From the NCBI GenBank assembly GCA_014762485.1, contig JABURU010000121.1, positions 1 to 25,900 on the forward strand: a stretch of 25,900 bases of DNA, in the 5' to 3' direction. The notes under the pieces are model-generated. The model did no database searches, was not told the DNA's origin, and saw nothing but the letters and a program-made list of their open reading frames with translations. Source of the DNA: Gammaproteobacteria bacterium. Its GTDB lineage: Bacteria > Pseudomonadota > Gammaproteobacteria > Thiohalospirales > Thiohalospiraceae. Below are positions 8,383 through 15,837 of this stretch, in pieces (within the stretch, counting starts at the first letter, position 1; every line of letters begins with the position of its first letter). Both the position numbers and the translations under genes were made by a program.

Positions 8383-9519
8383 ATGTCTTTTACGGCGTCT
8401 AAACAATTACGGGTGACGGCAGTTAAAGGTGCTGGAGATGGTTCGCCTTCTTCAGAGCAAATGACGGCTATCAACCGTTACACATTGAAGGAGCTCAAGC
8501 CTGAGGATGTGTATGTGCGCTCGGTATATCTGGCGCATAACGCGATTGACCGTGATGGCGAAGTGTTTGACGACGAATTATTGGAAGACTTTGCTGCATC
8601 ACTGCCAGGCAAAGGCTTTTTTGTTAAGCACCCCATGGGTTTTGATGGTGAAAGTGGCCCGGGTGAAGGGTTGTGGTTTGAGGCCAAAGTGTTATCGATG
8701 ACCATCGATGAGGCCAAAACATTGTTGGGAGAGGATCTGGTTTTCCCGCCAGAGACGACAGCCGCAAAAGTGTTAGAAGCCAGTCGCTATATGCTGCGTC
8801 TGGACTACGACACAGAGACACGCAAGCTGATCGATAAACAAGACGCGGGTATTGCTGGTCATCATTCCATTGGTTTTGGGGCGAAGGGTCGTACTGACAT
8901 TGTGGATGATTACGGCAACGGCGTCGCGCAGCGATTAATGAGCCCGGGTGAGGCGTATGAAGCCTCGGTTGTTTGGCTGGGTGCACAGCCTGGTGCGCGA
9001 GCTTATAAAGGCGCAGGCCAGCAACACCTGTTTGAAAAAGAGTTTACTGAGGAGGAGCCAGCTATGGCTATGTCAACCGAAGAGAAAGAGCAGTTTGATA
9101 AAGCAGTGGCTGACACCAAAACAGCCAAGGCCAAACTGAACGAACTGGAACCCAAGGCCGCGACGCATGACGAGATCATGAAAGCCGCTGGCGAGGGCGC
9201 AGATGAAAAATCTGTTATTGCCTTGATTACGGCTGGGCAGTCGCACCGAAAATCACTTGAAGAAGACATGCTGCGTTTTGAGCGCCTGCAAGGTCTGGTG
9301 GGTGATTCGGAAGACGATGCCAAGTCTGCCAACGCAGTGTATGCGCAGATGGATATCAAGACTCTGGAAAGCCGCGTGAAGGCGTTGCAGGAGAAGTTCC
9401 CCGGCGACCAGATCGACGGGGCTGATACCGCTACCGGTGCTGATGATGGCGAAGGCAAGAAAGGCCTGCGCGATGCTTCTGTTACCAGTAAAGCAATGGG
9501 CAAGGATAAGGCCGCTTAA
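8383..9519 (+). CDS. Prohead maturation protease (HK97-type) with C-terminal scaffolding domain
   Basis: 'DRDGEVF', 'VKHP' (His), 'SIGF' (Ser), 'YEASVVWLGAQPGA'. Helical charged C-terminal half. Confidence 0.85.
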   Translation: MSFTASKQLRVTAVKGAGDGSPSSEQMTAINRYTLKELKPEDVYVRSVYLAHNAIDRDGEVFDDELLEDFAASLPGKGFFVKHPMGFDGESGPGEGLWFEAKVLSMTIDEAKTLLGEDLVFPPETTAAKVLEASRYMLRLDYDTETRKLIDKQDAGIAGHHSIGFGAKGRTDIVDDYGNGVAQRLMSPGEAYEASVVWLGAQPGARAYKGAGQQHLFEKEFTEEEPAMAMSTEEKEQFDKAVADTKTAKAKLNELEPKAATHDEIMKAAGEGADEKSVIALITAGQSHRKSLEEDMLRFERLQGLVGDSEDDAKSANAVYAQMDIKTLESRVKALQEKFPGDQIDGADTATGADDGEGKKGLRDASVTSKAMGKDKAA

Positions 9520-9556
9520 TCGCGGGCGTTATTAACGAACAACAGGAGCGCATGTT

Positions 9557-9904
9557 ATGAGCGTTGTAAAAGCAGAAGGCCCACGCAGCCACTGGAAGGG
9601 AATCACCCATGCTCCAGCAGGTGCTGTGCCAGTAGACACCGTCACGGTTGTTAATACCACTCGCGTCACCTTTGCGGCGGCCGATGTGGAGGCCGGTGAA
9701 AATGGTGAATTTATTTATGAAGCCACAGATGTGGAGGTGGCGAAAGACGCCACGGTAACCATTGTCGAAGGCGATAAGGCCTATTACCACACCACTAATG
9801 ACAACTTTACCAATGTTGCTACAGGTGCGGTTGAGTGCGGTGTGTTCCGACAGGCTCAGGCGCTTTCTGATACCACCGCGCGCATCGATATGCATGTCGT
9901 GTAA
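9557..9904 (+). CDS. Capsid decoration/cement protein (DUF2190-like)
   Basis: 115 aa, between protease and capsid. 'AADVEAGENGE...VEVAK...IVEGDKAYY...VATGAVECG' follows the DUF2190 pattern. AGGAG RBS. Confidence 0.75.
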   Translation: MSVVKAEGPRSHWKGITHAPAGAVPVDTVTVVNTTRVTFAAADVEAGENGEFIYEATDVEVAKDATVTIVEGDKAYYHTTNDNFTNVATGAVECGVFRQAQALSDTTARIDMHVV

Positions 9905-9947
9905 ACGATAGCGATAAGTAAAGTTTTAGCCAAAAGGGGATATAACC

Positions 9948-10955
9948 ATGGCACAAATAATTAGCACACACGTTGGAGGCCTGAAAGGTGCCATGGCAAA
10001 TGGTATTCCTACTGGCCTGGATTATGACCAGGTTGACCTGAACTCTGCAGAAGGTCGCAAAGAGTTTGCGGATGCCGTCTCTGGTTACTTTAAGGACGTG
10101 CGCGAGCCAAACGGCATGTATGCCACCGGCCAAAAGAATACACGCACAGGACATCTGGACGCGCTACCCGTTCGCGACGAAGTAGACGTGCGCTTTTATG
10201 GTCCGCGTGATGATGCCTCGATCTTCGATCTGTTTCAGTACGTGGATAAAAGCAGCAGCAAAAACCCAACCTACAAGTTCGCCAATGTGAATGCCGCCTC
10301 CATTATCTTCGAAGAGAAGACGGTGGGCAAAGAAGCGCGTGTGCGCAAAGTGTCGGCGGGTGCGCCTCAAGATTTGAAGAGCGTCACTCATGAAGGTGCC
10401 CTGGGCATCGATGATGATACCCAGCGCTTTGATGACTACGGCGTGTTTGAACAAAACATCCAGCGTGTGCCGGGTGTGTGGATGGATCAATACGCCAGCA
10501 ATCTGGCGCTGTTGTTTACCTCGTTAGGCGCGGGTGTAAATGAGACGTTTAGTGTTGATCTGATCACTACCATCAATAACGCCTGTAACCAGATCCTTGA
10601 AGATGTAGGCGATCTGTATGGCCTGTCTGACAGCGAAAACTTTGGTCTGATGTATAACGGCCGCGACGCCGCCAAGGTGCGTCAGGCGCTGGTGAGCAAC
10701 CTCACGCTAGCCAACGATAACAACTCAGCCAAGCAGCTGGAGTTCAATATTGTGCCAGTCAAAACGCGCAAGATTGCTGCTGGCGGCATGTATCTAACCC
10801 TGCCTGGTCGCGACATTGTGGATGTTGAGTGGGATGGCCTGTGGTCTGAGTACGCACGCAACGCACACGCGGGCGCAGATGATTACATCTTCCGCTCACG
10901 TCGTAACGCGGGCATCGGTAATGTGCAGCAGGTTCGTCGCCTGTCTGGCTACTAA
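9948..10955 (+). CDS. Major capsid protein
   Basis: 335 aa following protease and decoration genes, with a strong RBS (AAGGGG) and a terminator after it. Assigned mainly by synteny and size. Confidence 0.8.
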   Translation: MAQIISTHVGGLKGAMANGIPTGLDYDQVDLNSAEGRKEFADAVSGYFKDVREPNGMYATGQKNTRTGHLDALPVRDEVDVRFYGPRDDASIFDLFQYVDKSSSKNPTYKFANVNAASIIFEEKTVGKEARVRKVSAGAPQDLKSVTHEGALGIDDDTQRFDDYGVFEQNIQRVPGVWMDQYASNLALLFTSLGAGVNETFSVDLITTINNACNQILEDVGDLYGLSDSENFGLMYNGRDAAKVRQALVSNLTLANDNNSAKQLEFNIVPVKTRKIAAGGMYLTLPGRDIVDVEWDGLWSEYARNAHAGADDYIFRSRRNAGIGNVQQVRRLSGY

Positions 10956-10980
10956 GCCGATTAGTTAAACGAGCAGCCTG

Positions 10981-11019
10981 GACCGGGTAAGTGGGGCAAC
11001 CCGCCCCGGTCTTTTTTTT
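10981..11019 (+). terminator. Rho-independent terminator after the major capsid gene
   Basis: GACCGGG/CCCGGTC outer stem, GTGGG-GCAA-CCCGC inner stem with GNRA loop, followed by T8. Confidence 0.85.
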
Positions 11020-11030
11020 AAGGGGGACAC

Positions 11031-11474
11031 ATGGCCGCAAAAGCGAACATCCAAGACCTGAAAGACCTGGGGTTTGAGCAGTCACAGTTTCGTTATGAGG
11101 GCGACGACACTGGCTGGAATACCTTCCTGGCTTCGGTGTTGGCGGATGTGGAGCAGATCACCCGCGAGCAGGTGGGCAGTGCGGCCTATGATGCCATCGT
11201 GGATGGCGCGCGGCTGGTGTATTTAAAAAATGCCGAAAAGGAGTTTTGCGCGGCCGACCTGTGGCGGCGTGTTGAAAGCTTTGAGCGCGGTACCGCCCAG
11301 GTGAATGGCGCGGGAACGGGGGCCGAAACCATCGGCAGTCGTCCTCTTGAAAATGCCAATAAGGCCGAGGAGCGTGCATGGGACTACCTTGCTCGCGTCA
11401 CCGGCACCAATGCAATGCAGTCGTTTGGTCATGTGCAAAGCGGTGCGCTGGAAGAAGAGGCGACCACATCATGA
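11031..11474 (+). CDS. Head-tail connector/adaptor (probable)
   Basis: Helical 147-aa protein directly after the capsid gene. Assigned by synteny. Confidence 0.6.
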   Translation: MAAKANIQDLKDLGFEQSQFRYEGDDTGWNTFLASVLADVEQITREQVGSAAYDAIVDGARLVYLKNAEKEFCAADLWRRVESFERGTAQVNGAGTGAETIGSRPLENANKAEERAWDYLARVTGTNAMQSFGHVQSGALEEEATTS

Positions 11475-11647
11475 TCACCATTAAAGTCACCCACCCGAAT
11501 CCACACAACCATCGAGCCGTCGAGGCGCGTGTGGTGAATCAGGAGCAAGGCACGATCAGCGATGAACGCATGCTGATGCCGGGAGATGTGGTGGAACTAG
11601 AAATGGTGGAAGGTGAAAAGATTGTGATCGAGGAAGTGGGATCGTGA
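11471..11647 (+). CDS. Small hypothetical protein (58 aa, MITIKVTHPN...)
   Basis: ATG 11471 overlaps the upstream stop (ATGA) and the stop overlaps the next GTG. The ORF-track start at 11378 lies inside the upstream gene and is less likely. Confidence 0.6.
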   Translation: MITIKVTHPNPHNHRAVEARVVNQEQGTISDERMLMPGDVVELEMVEGEKIVIEEVGS

Positions 11648-12009
11648 ACGTATTCAGCAATGCCGTCCAGGTTGCCAAGCGGGTTGGCCGCATTGCCAAG
11701 CGATGGGATCTGGCTGCGCTTCGAGGCCTGCGCCGTATCGCCACCAAGGTCGACGAAAAGCAGGTTGAGAATTTAAGCGGTAGTAATAGCGCTGAGCCGG
11801 GATCGTATCCCGTGCCGAACCGCACCGGCAATTTGATGCGCGGCCGCTTCTTTAAGGTGCCATCGCCTAGCCTGGCGTTTGTGGGTAATACCACGGTGTA
11901 TGCACCTGTTATACATCGTGAACGTGAGTTTCTACAGGATGCCTCGGACGATGTGGATGCGACGGCAGAGATGCAACACGAGATTCGCAAAGTGGCGATG
12001 GCGCCATGA
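11644..12009 (+). CDS. Virion morphogenesis/neck protein (HK97 gp10/Mu gpG-like)
   Basis: 'NRTGNLMRG...VGNTTVYAPVIH...REFL' matches the RTGxL...VGTNxxYAxxH...RPFL family pattern. Confidence 0.75.
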   Translation: MNVFSNAVQVAKRVGRIAKRWDLAALRGLRRIATKVDEKQVENLSGSNSAEPGSYPVPNRTGNLMRGRFFKVPSPSLAFVGNTTVYAPVIHREREFLQDASDDVDATAEMQHEIRKVAMAP

Positions 12010-12070
12010 TGGGGCATCCACACTGGCGCAAATGGCGAGTGCTGTGGAAGTTGAGAGTGAGGCGTGATCG

Positions 12071-12529
12071 ATGAGCCTGCAAGGTTTTGTGGATGAACTG
12101 CCAAACGTATTAAGCGCCGATGCTGGCCTGACCAGCTGGCGCACCACGCACTTTGATGGCAAGGCGTTCACGGTGCTGAAAGGCAATAGAGAACTCAGCA
12201 CATTCAACGCCAGGCAAGCGCCCGCGATCATCATCGAGGCCGAGCCGGGTGACATTGCCGACACGGTAGGCAACTACCGGGCGAACTTTTCCGGCAGCGT
12301 GGCATTCGTGATTGCCTGGGTAGATAGCGACCCTGACAAGGCTTATACCAGGCGCATCACCCTGCCCGAACTGGTGGCCAATGCGGTGATTAACAATCGC
12401 CGCCTGAATGGTGCGGTCGAGAAAGCCATGGTCAGGCGATATGAGCCGTTAGACGGAAACAGCAGCGCACCCAATGTAAGGATGATGCGGTTCACGGTTA
12501 ACGCGAACTGGAAAGTAGACAAGACATAA
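12071..12529 (+). CDS. Tail terminator/completion protein (probable)
   Basis: 152 aa between the neck gene and tail tube. 'APAIIIE' and the C-terminal beta strand are typical of tail terminators. Confidence 0.6.
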   Translation: MSLQGFVDELPNVLSADAGLTSWRTTHFDGKAFTVLKGNRELSTFNARQAPAIIIEAEPGDIADTVGNYRANFSGSVAFVIAWVDSDPDKAYTRRITLPELVANAVINNRRLNGAVEKAMVRRYEPLDGNSSAPNVRMMRFTVNANWKVDKT

Positions 12530-12541
12530 GAGGGCAGGTTG

Positions 12542-12724
12542 ATGGAAGAGAAAGAGAAAAAATCACTACGCAAGATTAAAGCCATCCGCCTGGAGAAGGA
12601 AGGCGTGAAGGCCGTGGGCCCTTACAAGGCAGGCGAAGTGTACAAAGTGGGCGAGGGCGATCTGACACTAGCAGAAGCCAACCGCCTGGTCGACGCAAAA
12701 GGATTCACCGAGGTGGAGGGGTAA
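12542..12724 (+). CDS. Small virion-associated protein
   Basis: 'VGPYKAGEVYKV...AEANRLVDAKGFTEV' is the type of small protein often found before tail tube genes. ATG 12542 (TTG 12539 in the ORF track). Confidence 0.6.
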   Translation: MEEKEKKSLRKIKAIRLEKEGVKAVGPYKAGEVYKVGEGDLTLAEANRLVDAKGFTEVEG

Positions 12725-12727
12725 GCC

Positions 12728-13963
12728 ATGGCACAGGTCACAGGCGCAGACGCCAAGTTTGTATTGTATGAAGAGGATATCTTTGGGCAAGATCCCAGCG
12801 TGCCAGATGGCATCCTGATGCACTTGTCGGGCATGTCGATCAAAGGCACTCGCGGCCAAACCGCCAGCAAGATATTGCCGGGCGGTACTGGCAACCGCAC
12901 GCAAAAGCGCCCCACCCGCAACAAGCTAGAAGTGGGTGGCGGTATGCCTACCGAACTGAACGCCCAAACCCTGGGCTTTCTGGTAAAGCACGCCATGGGT
13001 GCGGTGGCCACCTATCGCCCGGCCGACAACGCCACGGATTTGATCACCGGTGTCACCATCGACCACGCCACCAAGGCCTGCCCCCTGGGCAACGGCACGC
13101 TGGCGTTTACCTTAACCGGCACCACACTGCAGTGGACAGCGCAGGGTGACACGGCTGGCACCGCCACGGATGTGTCCGCAGGCGGCACCTTTGTGTTGCC
13201 ATCGGGTACCGCAGGTTATGACCTCACCGTGACCGTGGTGCCCGGCTCGCTGCCTGGCGCGAACCAATCCGACACCATCAACGTGATCGCGGCTTATAAA
13301 AACCGCTTCACCTTCGCCAAGCTGCCCATCGGCTTCACGATGGAAAAGGACCACGGCCCAGAAATCACCGGCGCAGGTCGCTATGTGCGATACAACGGCT
13401 GCCGCATTAACACCATGAGCTTCAAGCTGACCACAGATGGCACTGAGGTATCGGTGGATGTGCTGGGAGCGAAGAAGGCCCCCTATGCCAGCGCGCTGGA
13501 TGCCACGCCCACCGACTATGGGCACACCTCGTTTGAGGTGGGCGACATTAGTGTGCTGGAGGAAAACGGCACGCCACTGGCCGAAGGTGCCGACATGAGC
13601 ATCACCATCAACAACAGCCTGGACGGTGGCCAATATGTGCTGCTGGGGGGCGGCACTCGTCGCAGTATTCCCGAGGGGGATGCCGGGGTAGAAGTGCAAT
13701 ATTCCGCCCTGTTTGAAGATCTGGACCTGTACAACAAGATGATCAACGGCACCGACTCCAAGCTCAAAGCCGCCTATGCCGTGGGCAATGGCCTGGGCAC
13801 CGTTGATAACGAATCGATTGTGTTTACGCTCGACCCGATCAGCTACGAAGAAGACGACACCGCCATTGAAGGCCCAGGCGGCGTGGTGATCAACCCCAAG
13901 GCTATGGCATACGACGGGGCGCTGATCATCGATATCTTTAACACCATTGACCATTCATTATAA
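12728..13963 (+). CDS. Major tail (tube) protein with an internal inserted beta domain
   Basis: 'EVGGGMPTEL...LGFLVKHAMG', 'LPIGFTMEKDH...YVRYNGCRINTMSF', 'SITINNSLD' follow the siphovirus tube pattern. Precedes the chaperone genes. Confidence 0.8.
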   Translation: MAQVTGADAKFVLYEEDIFGQDPSVPDGILMHLSGMSIKGTRGQTASKILPGGTGNRTQKRPTRNKLEVGGGMPTELNAQTLGFLVKHAMGAVATYRPADNATDLITGVTIDHATKACPLGNGTLAFTLTGTTLQWTAQGDTAGTATDVSAGGTFVLPSGTAGYDLTVTVVPGSLPGANQSDTINVIAAYKNRFTFAKLPIGFTMEKDHGPEITGAGRYVRYNGCRINTMSFKLTTDGTEVSVDVLGAKKAPYASALDATPTDYGHTSFEVGDISVLEENGTPLAEGADMSITINNSLDGGQYVLLGGGTRRSIPEGDAGVEVQYSALFEDLDLYNKMINGTDSKLKAAYAVGNGLGTVDNESIVFTLDPISYEEDDTAIEGPGGVVINPKAMAYDGALIIDIFNTIDHSL

Positions 13964-13973
13964 GAGGTTGCAC

Positions 13974-14378
13974 ATGATTCGAATCAATTCATCAAATGAA
14001 ATCCTGTACCCCGTTACAGCACACATGTTGGAGAACGGCACGGGCAAGACCAAGGAGCATACGTTTAAAATACGCTATAAGCTATTGAGTCGCACAGAGC
14101 TACGTGAGCAACTTAATAAGCAGGTGAATATTGCGACAGATAATATTGACAGCCTGCGTGAAGCGATTCGCAAGCAGAGCGACCCCAAGGAACTGTCCAG
14201 GCATGACGCATGGCTAAAGAGCCATATTAACGGCTGGGAAGATATTCTGGGTGAAGATGGTGAGCCGCTGGAATTTAACGACGAAAACTACCAGCTGGTA
14301 ATGAATATCATCCCCATTGCCAGCGCCATTGACAACGGCCTGATGGCAGCGAGCCGGGAGGAGCCGGCAAAAAACTGA
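13974..14378 (+). CDS. Tail assembly chaperone (gpG-like)
   Basis: 'INGWEDILGEDGEPLEFNDEN' is typical of tail chaperones. GAGG RBS before ATG 13974. Ends in A AAA AAC TGA. Confidence 0.85.
   Translation: MIRINSSNEILYPVTAHMLENGTGKTKEHTFKIRYKLLSRTELREQLNKQVNIATDNIDSLREAIRKQSDPKELSRHDAWLKSHINGWEDILGEDGEPLEFNDENYQLVMNIIPIASAIDNGLMAASREEPAKN
14369..14375 (+). other. -1 programmed ribosomal frameshift slippery site A_AAA_AAC
   Basis: X XXY YYZ heptamer in the last two sense codons of the chaperone. The -1 frame continues without a stop into the downstream ORF. Confidence 0.82.
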
Positions 14379-14701
14379 TTAAGTGGGTGCAGTGGAGCAC
14401 AGACAAAAACCGGCAAACGTATTGTGATAAATGCCGAAAGACAAAGAAGCTGCCACCCACTGAGAACTGCAACAGCTGCAACGAGCCAGAGATACTAGGT
14501 ATTAATTGGCCAGTAGTGCAGGTGTACTTTAAGGTCAAACGCTGCTGGCGCTACGCACCCAGTGGCGCAGTAGTGGGGTTTGACTGGGCGCAAGTCAAAG
14601 CGCTATTAGAGCTGAGTAGCACACCAGAGCAAGAGCGGATACTTGATGGATTGATGATAATGGAAGGTGCCATACTAGACAGTCTGCATAAGACTGAATA
14701 G
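14375..14701 (+). CDS. gpT-like C-terminal part of the G-T frameshift chaperone (DUF1799-like)
   Basis: -1 frame reads L-I-K-W-V-Q-W...; includes 'NWPVVQVYF...WRYAPSGAVVGFDW...LMIMEGAIL' and CxxC...CxxC. No clear RBS before GTG 14387. Confidence 0.8.
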   Translation: MIKWVQWSTDKNRQTYCDKCRKTKKLPPTENCNSCNEPEILGINWPVVQVYFKVKRCWRYAPSGAVVGFDWAQVKALLELSSTPEQERILDGLMIMEGAILDSLHKTE

Positions 14702-14703
14702 GG

Positions 14704-15018
14704 CTATTTGCAGGTGCCGTGGTATGTTAGATACTTGTATCCATCGTCCATGTAGCTGGTTATTTTTTCTATTGTATAACCATCCATGCAATAGCTACGA
14801 ATAGCTAGCTCTCTACCAAGTTCGGTTCTATGAACTTCGTCTCTGCTTCTGTTGCCCCATTTTTCAGCTAAGATATCAGACGCAACATATTGGAATGTTT
14901 GGGTGCCATCCGGTGTTATTGATCTGGTAAAGTTTGTCCAGTTGTAATAAAAGTCTGGCGGCATACTCAGACATGCGCTTAATGATAAAGCAAGCGCTAT
15001 TAGAATAGTGTTTTTCAT
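14704..15018 (-). CDS. Putative lipoprotein (moron; superinfection-exclusion candidate)
   Basis: From ATG 15018: MKNTILIALALSLSAC is a signal peptide II with lipobox LSAC. AT-rich and antisense to the late genes. Confidence 0.8.
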   Translation of the reverse strand: MKNTILIALALSLSACLSMPPDFYYNWTNFTRSITPDGTQTFQYVASDILAEKWGNRSRDEVHRTELGRELAIRSYCMDGYTIEKITSYMDDGYKYLTYHGTCK

Positions 15019-15039
15019 AGGGTCCATCCCTGTTTATTG

Positions 15040-15055
15040 TATTTGACATAATATT
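15040..15055 (-). repeat. 16-bp inverted repeat, left copy (TATTTGACATAATATT)
   Basis: Exact reverse complement of 15598-15613. Confidence 0.9.
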
Positions 15056-15062
15056 AGCCCGT

Positions 15063-15091
15063 TTGCTTTTAATAAAAAAGAGGGCTATATT
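15063..15091 (+). promoter_or_regulatory. Sigma70-type promoter of the c4-like operon
   Basis: TTGCTT (15063-68), 17-nt spacer, TATATT (15086-91). Confidence 0.7.
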
Positions 15092-15132
15092 TCAGAACAA
15101 CGAGGCGTCGAAACCTCTATCAGGCGGTAGGC

Positions 15133-15164
15133 ACCGCCATTTGTAGCAAATGCGCGGTTTTTTT
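15133..15164 (+). terminator. Conditional terminator/attenuator in the c4-like leader
   Basis: ACCGC-CATTTG-TAG-CAAATG-C-GCGGT then a T-tract. The competing hairpin GGCGGT-AGGC-ACCGCC (15123-38) shares the 5' arm. Confidence 0.7.
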
Positions 15165-15191
15165 GTGCCTACCGATCCGGCAATGATTCAT

Positions 15192-15268
15192 TGCCGGGAG
15201 GCCCAGTAATACAAGACCCTTCGGGGAAATATCGGGGCCTGGCCTGTACAGGTTCGAACCTCCTGGCA
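15192..15268 (+). ncRNA. C4-like antisense RNA (P1 c4 / P4 CI type)
   Basis: Closing stem TGCCGGGAGG/CCTCCTGGCA, inner GGCCC/GGGCC stem with a CCC-TTCG-GGG hairpin, and a CCTG-GCCTGTA-CAGG hairpin followed by unpaired TTCGAA. Complementary targets flank it on both sides. An antirepressor gene lies downstream. Confidence 0.75.
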
Positions 15269-15310
15269 CCCTTAACCGGGTAACAACTTCGAAAATTACA
15301 GGAGGCTATC

Positions 15311-15547
15311 ATGGCCACTATCTATTCATTCCCTACACAGGGCCACCCACGGGCACCGGATACACCCCGCGAACAGGGCACGCCGCCTGTTCATCATGTG
15401 CGAATTAAAAACCTGCTCAATGGCTTGCGCGAAAACATCACCGACCCAGATAGAGACCTGGAGCCCGAGATCGCCGAGCTGGTGTGCTACGCGATGATCG
15501 AGATGCTAGAGCAGGAGCTGGCCGACGCGGGGATTAATTTGCACTAA
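15311..15547 (+). CDS. Small protein in the icd position of a c4-icd-ant-like operon
   Basis: Strong GGAGG RBS overlapped by the C4 target TACAGG. 78 aa. No clear Icd sequence motif. Confidence 0.7.
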   Translation: MATIYSFPTQGHPRAPDTPREQGTPPVHHVRIKNLLNGLRENITDPDRDLEPEIAELVCYAMIEMLEQELADAGINLH

Positions 15548-15597
15548 AGTTTTTTATGACCCTTATAAAAAACGGCTCTATTTGATAATAAGATCAA

Positions 15598-15613
15598 AAT
15601 ATTATGTCAAATA
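15598..15613 (+). repeat. 16-bp inverted repeat, right copy (AATATTATGTCAAATA)
   Basis: Exact reverse complement of 15040-15055. Confidence 0.9.
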
Positions 15614-15837
15614 GAAACGCGAATCACGCTATAAGGCGCATAAACACTAAGCGCGGTGGGGTGCTCAACTTTACCTTTGCCTTATTTAAATGAGGCGGCT
15701 AGGGTGAAGAGGCTACCATCAAATACATACATTGCCGTTCATGCTCCGATTTCTTGCCGTGTGTTTGGTTGGTAGCACTGCCTCTCAAGGCGAGACGGCC
15801 CCCGCCAGGGGGCCACCCTTTTAACAAGGAGAACGAT

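Noticed and set aside
13112-13954. 280-aa minus-strand ORF
   Set aside because: Antisense shadow of the tail tube gene with no recognisable motif.
15240-15270. tRNA-like T-arm 'AGGTTCGAACCT'
   Set aside because: No D-arm, canonical anticodon arm or acceptor/CCA geometry; better explained as the b' element of a C4-like RNA.
15550-15572. Terminator TTTTTTAT-GACCCTT-ATAAAAAA after the small ORF
   Set aside because: All-AT stem is too weak to call as an intrinsic terminator.
15581-15598. FNR box in TTTGAT-AATAAG-ATCAAA
   Set aside because: FNR needs TTGAT-N4-ATCAA; the spacer here is 6 nt.
15585-15612. A complete dif/pdif site
   Set aside because: Only the XerD-like arm is present; the 11 bp at the XerC position (ATAATAAGATC, and AAGCAAACGGG at the left copy) do not resemble GGTGCGCATAA.
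15754-15837. N-terminal extension of ant in the ORF track
   Set aside because: ATG 15838 has a strong AAGGAG RBS and begins the P22 Ant domain; the upstream part overlaps a hairpin-containing leader.
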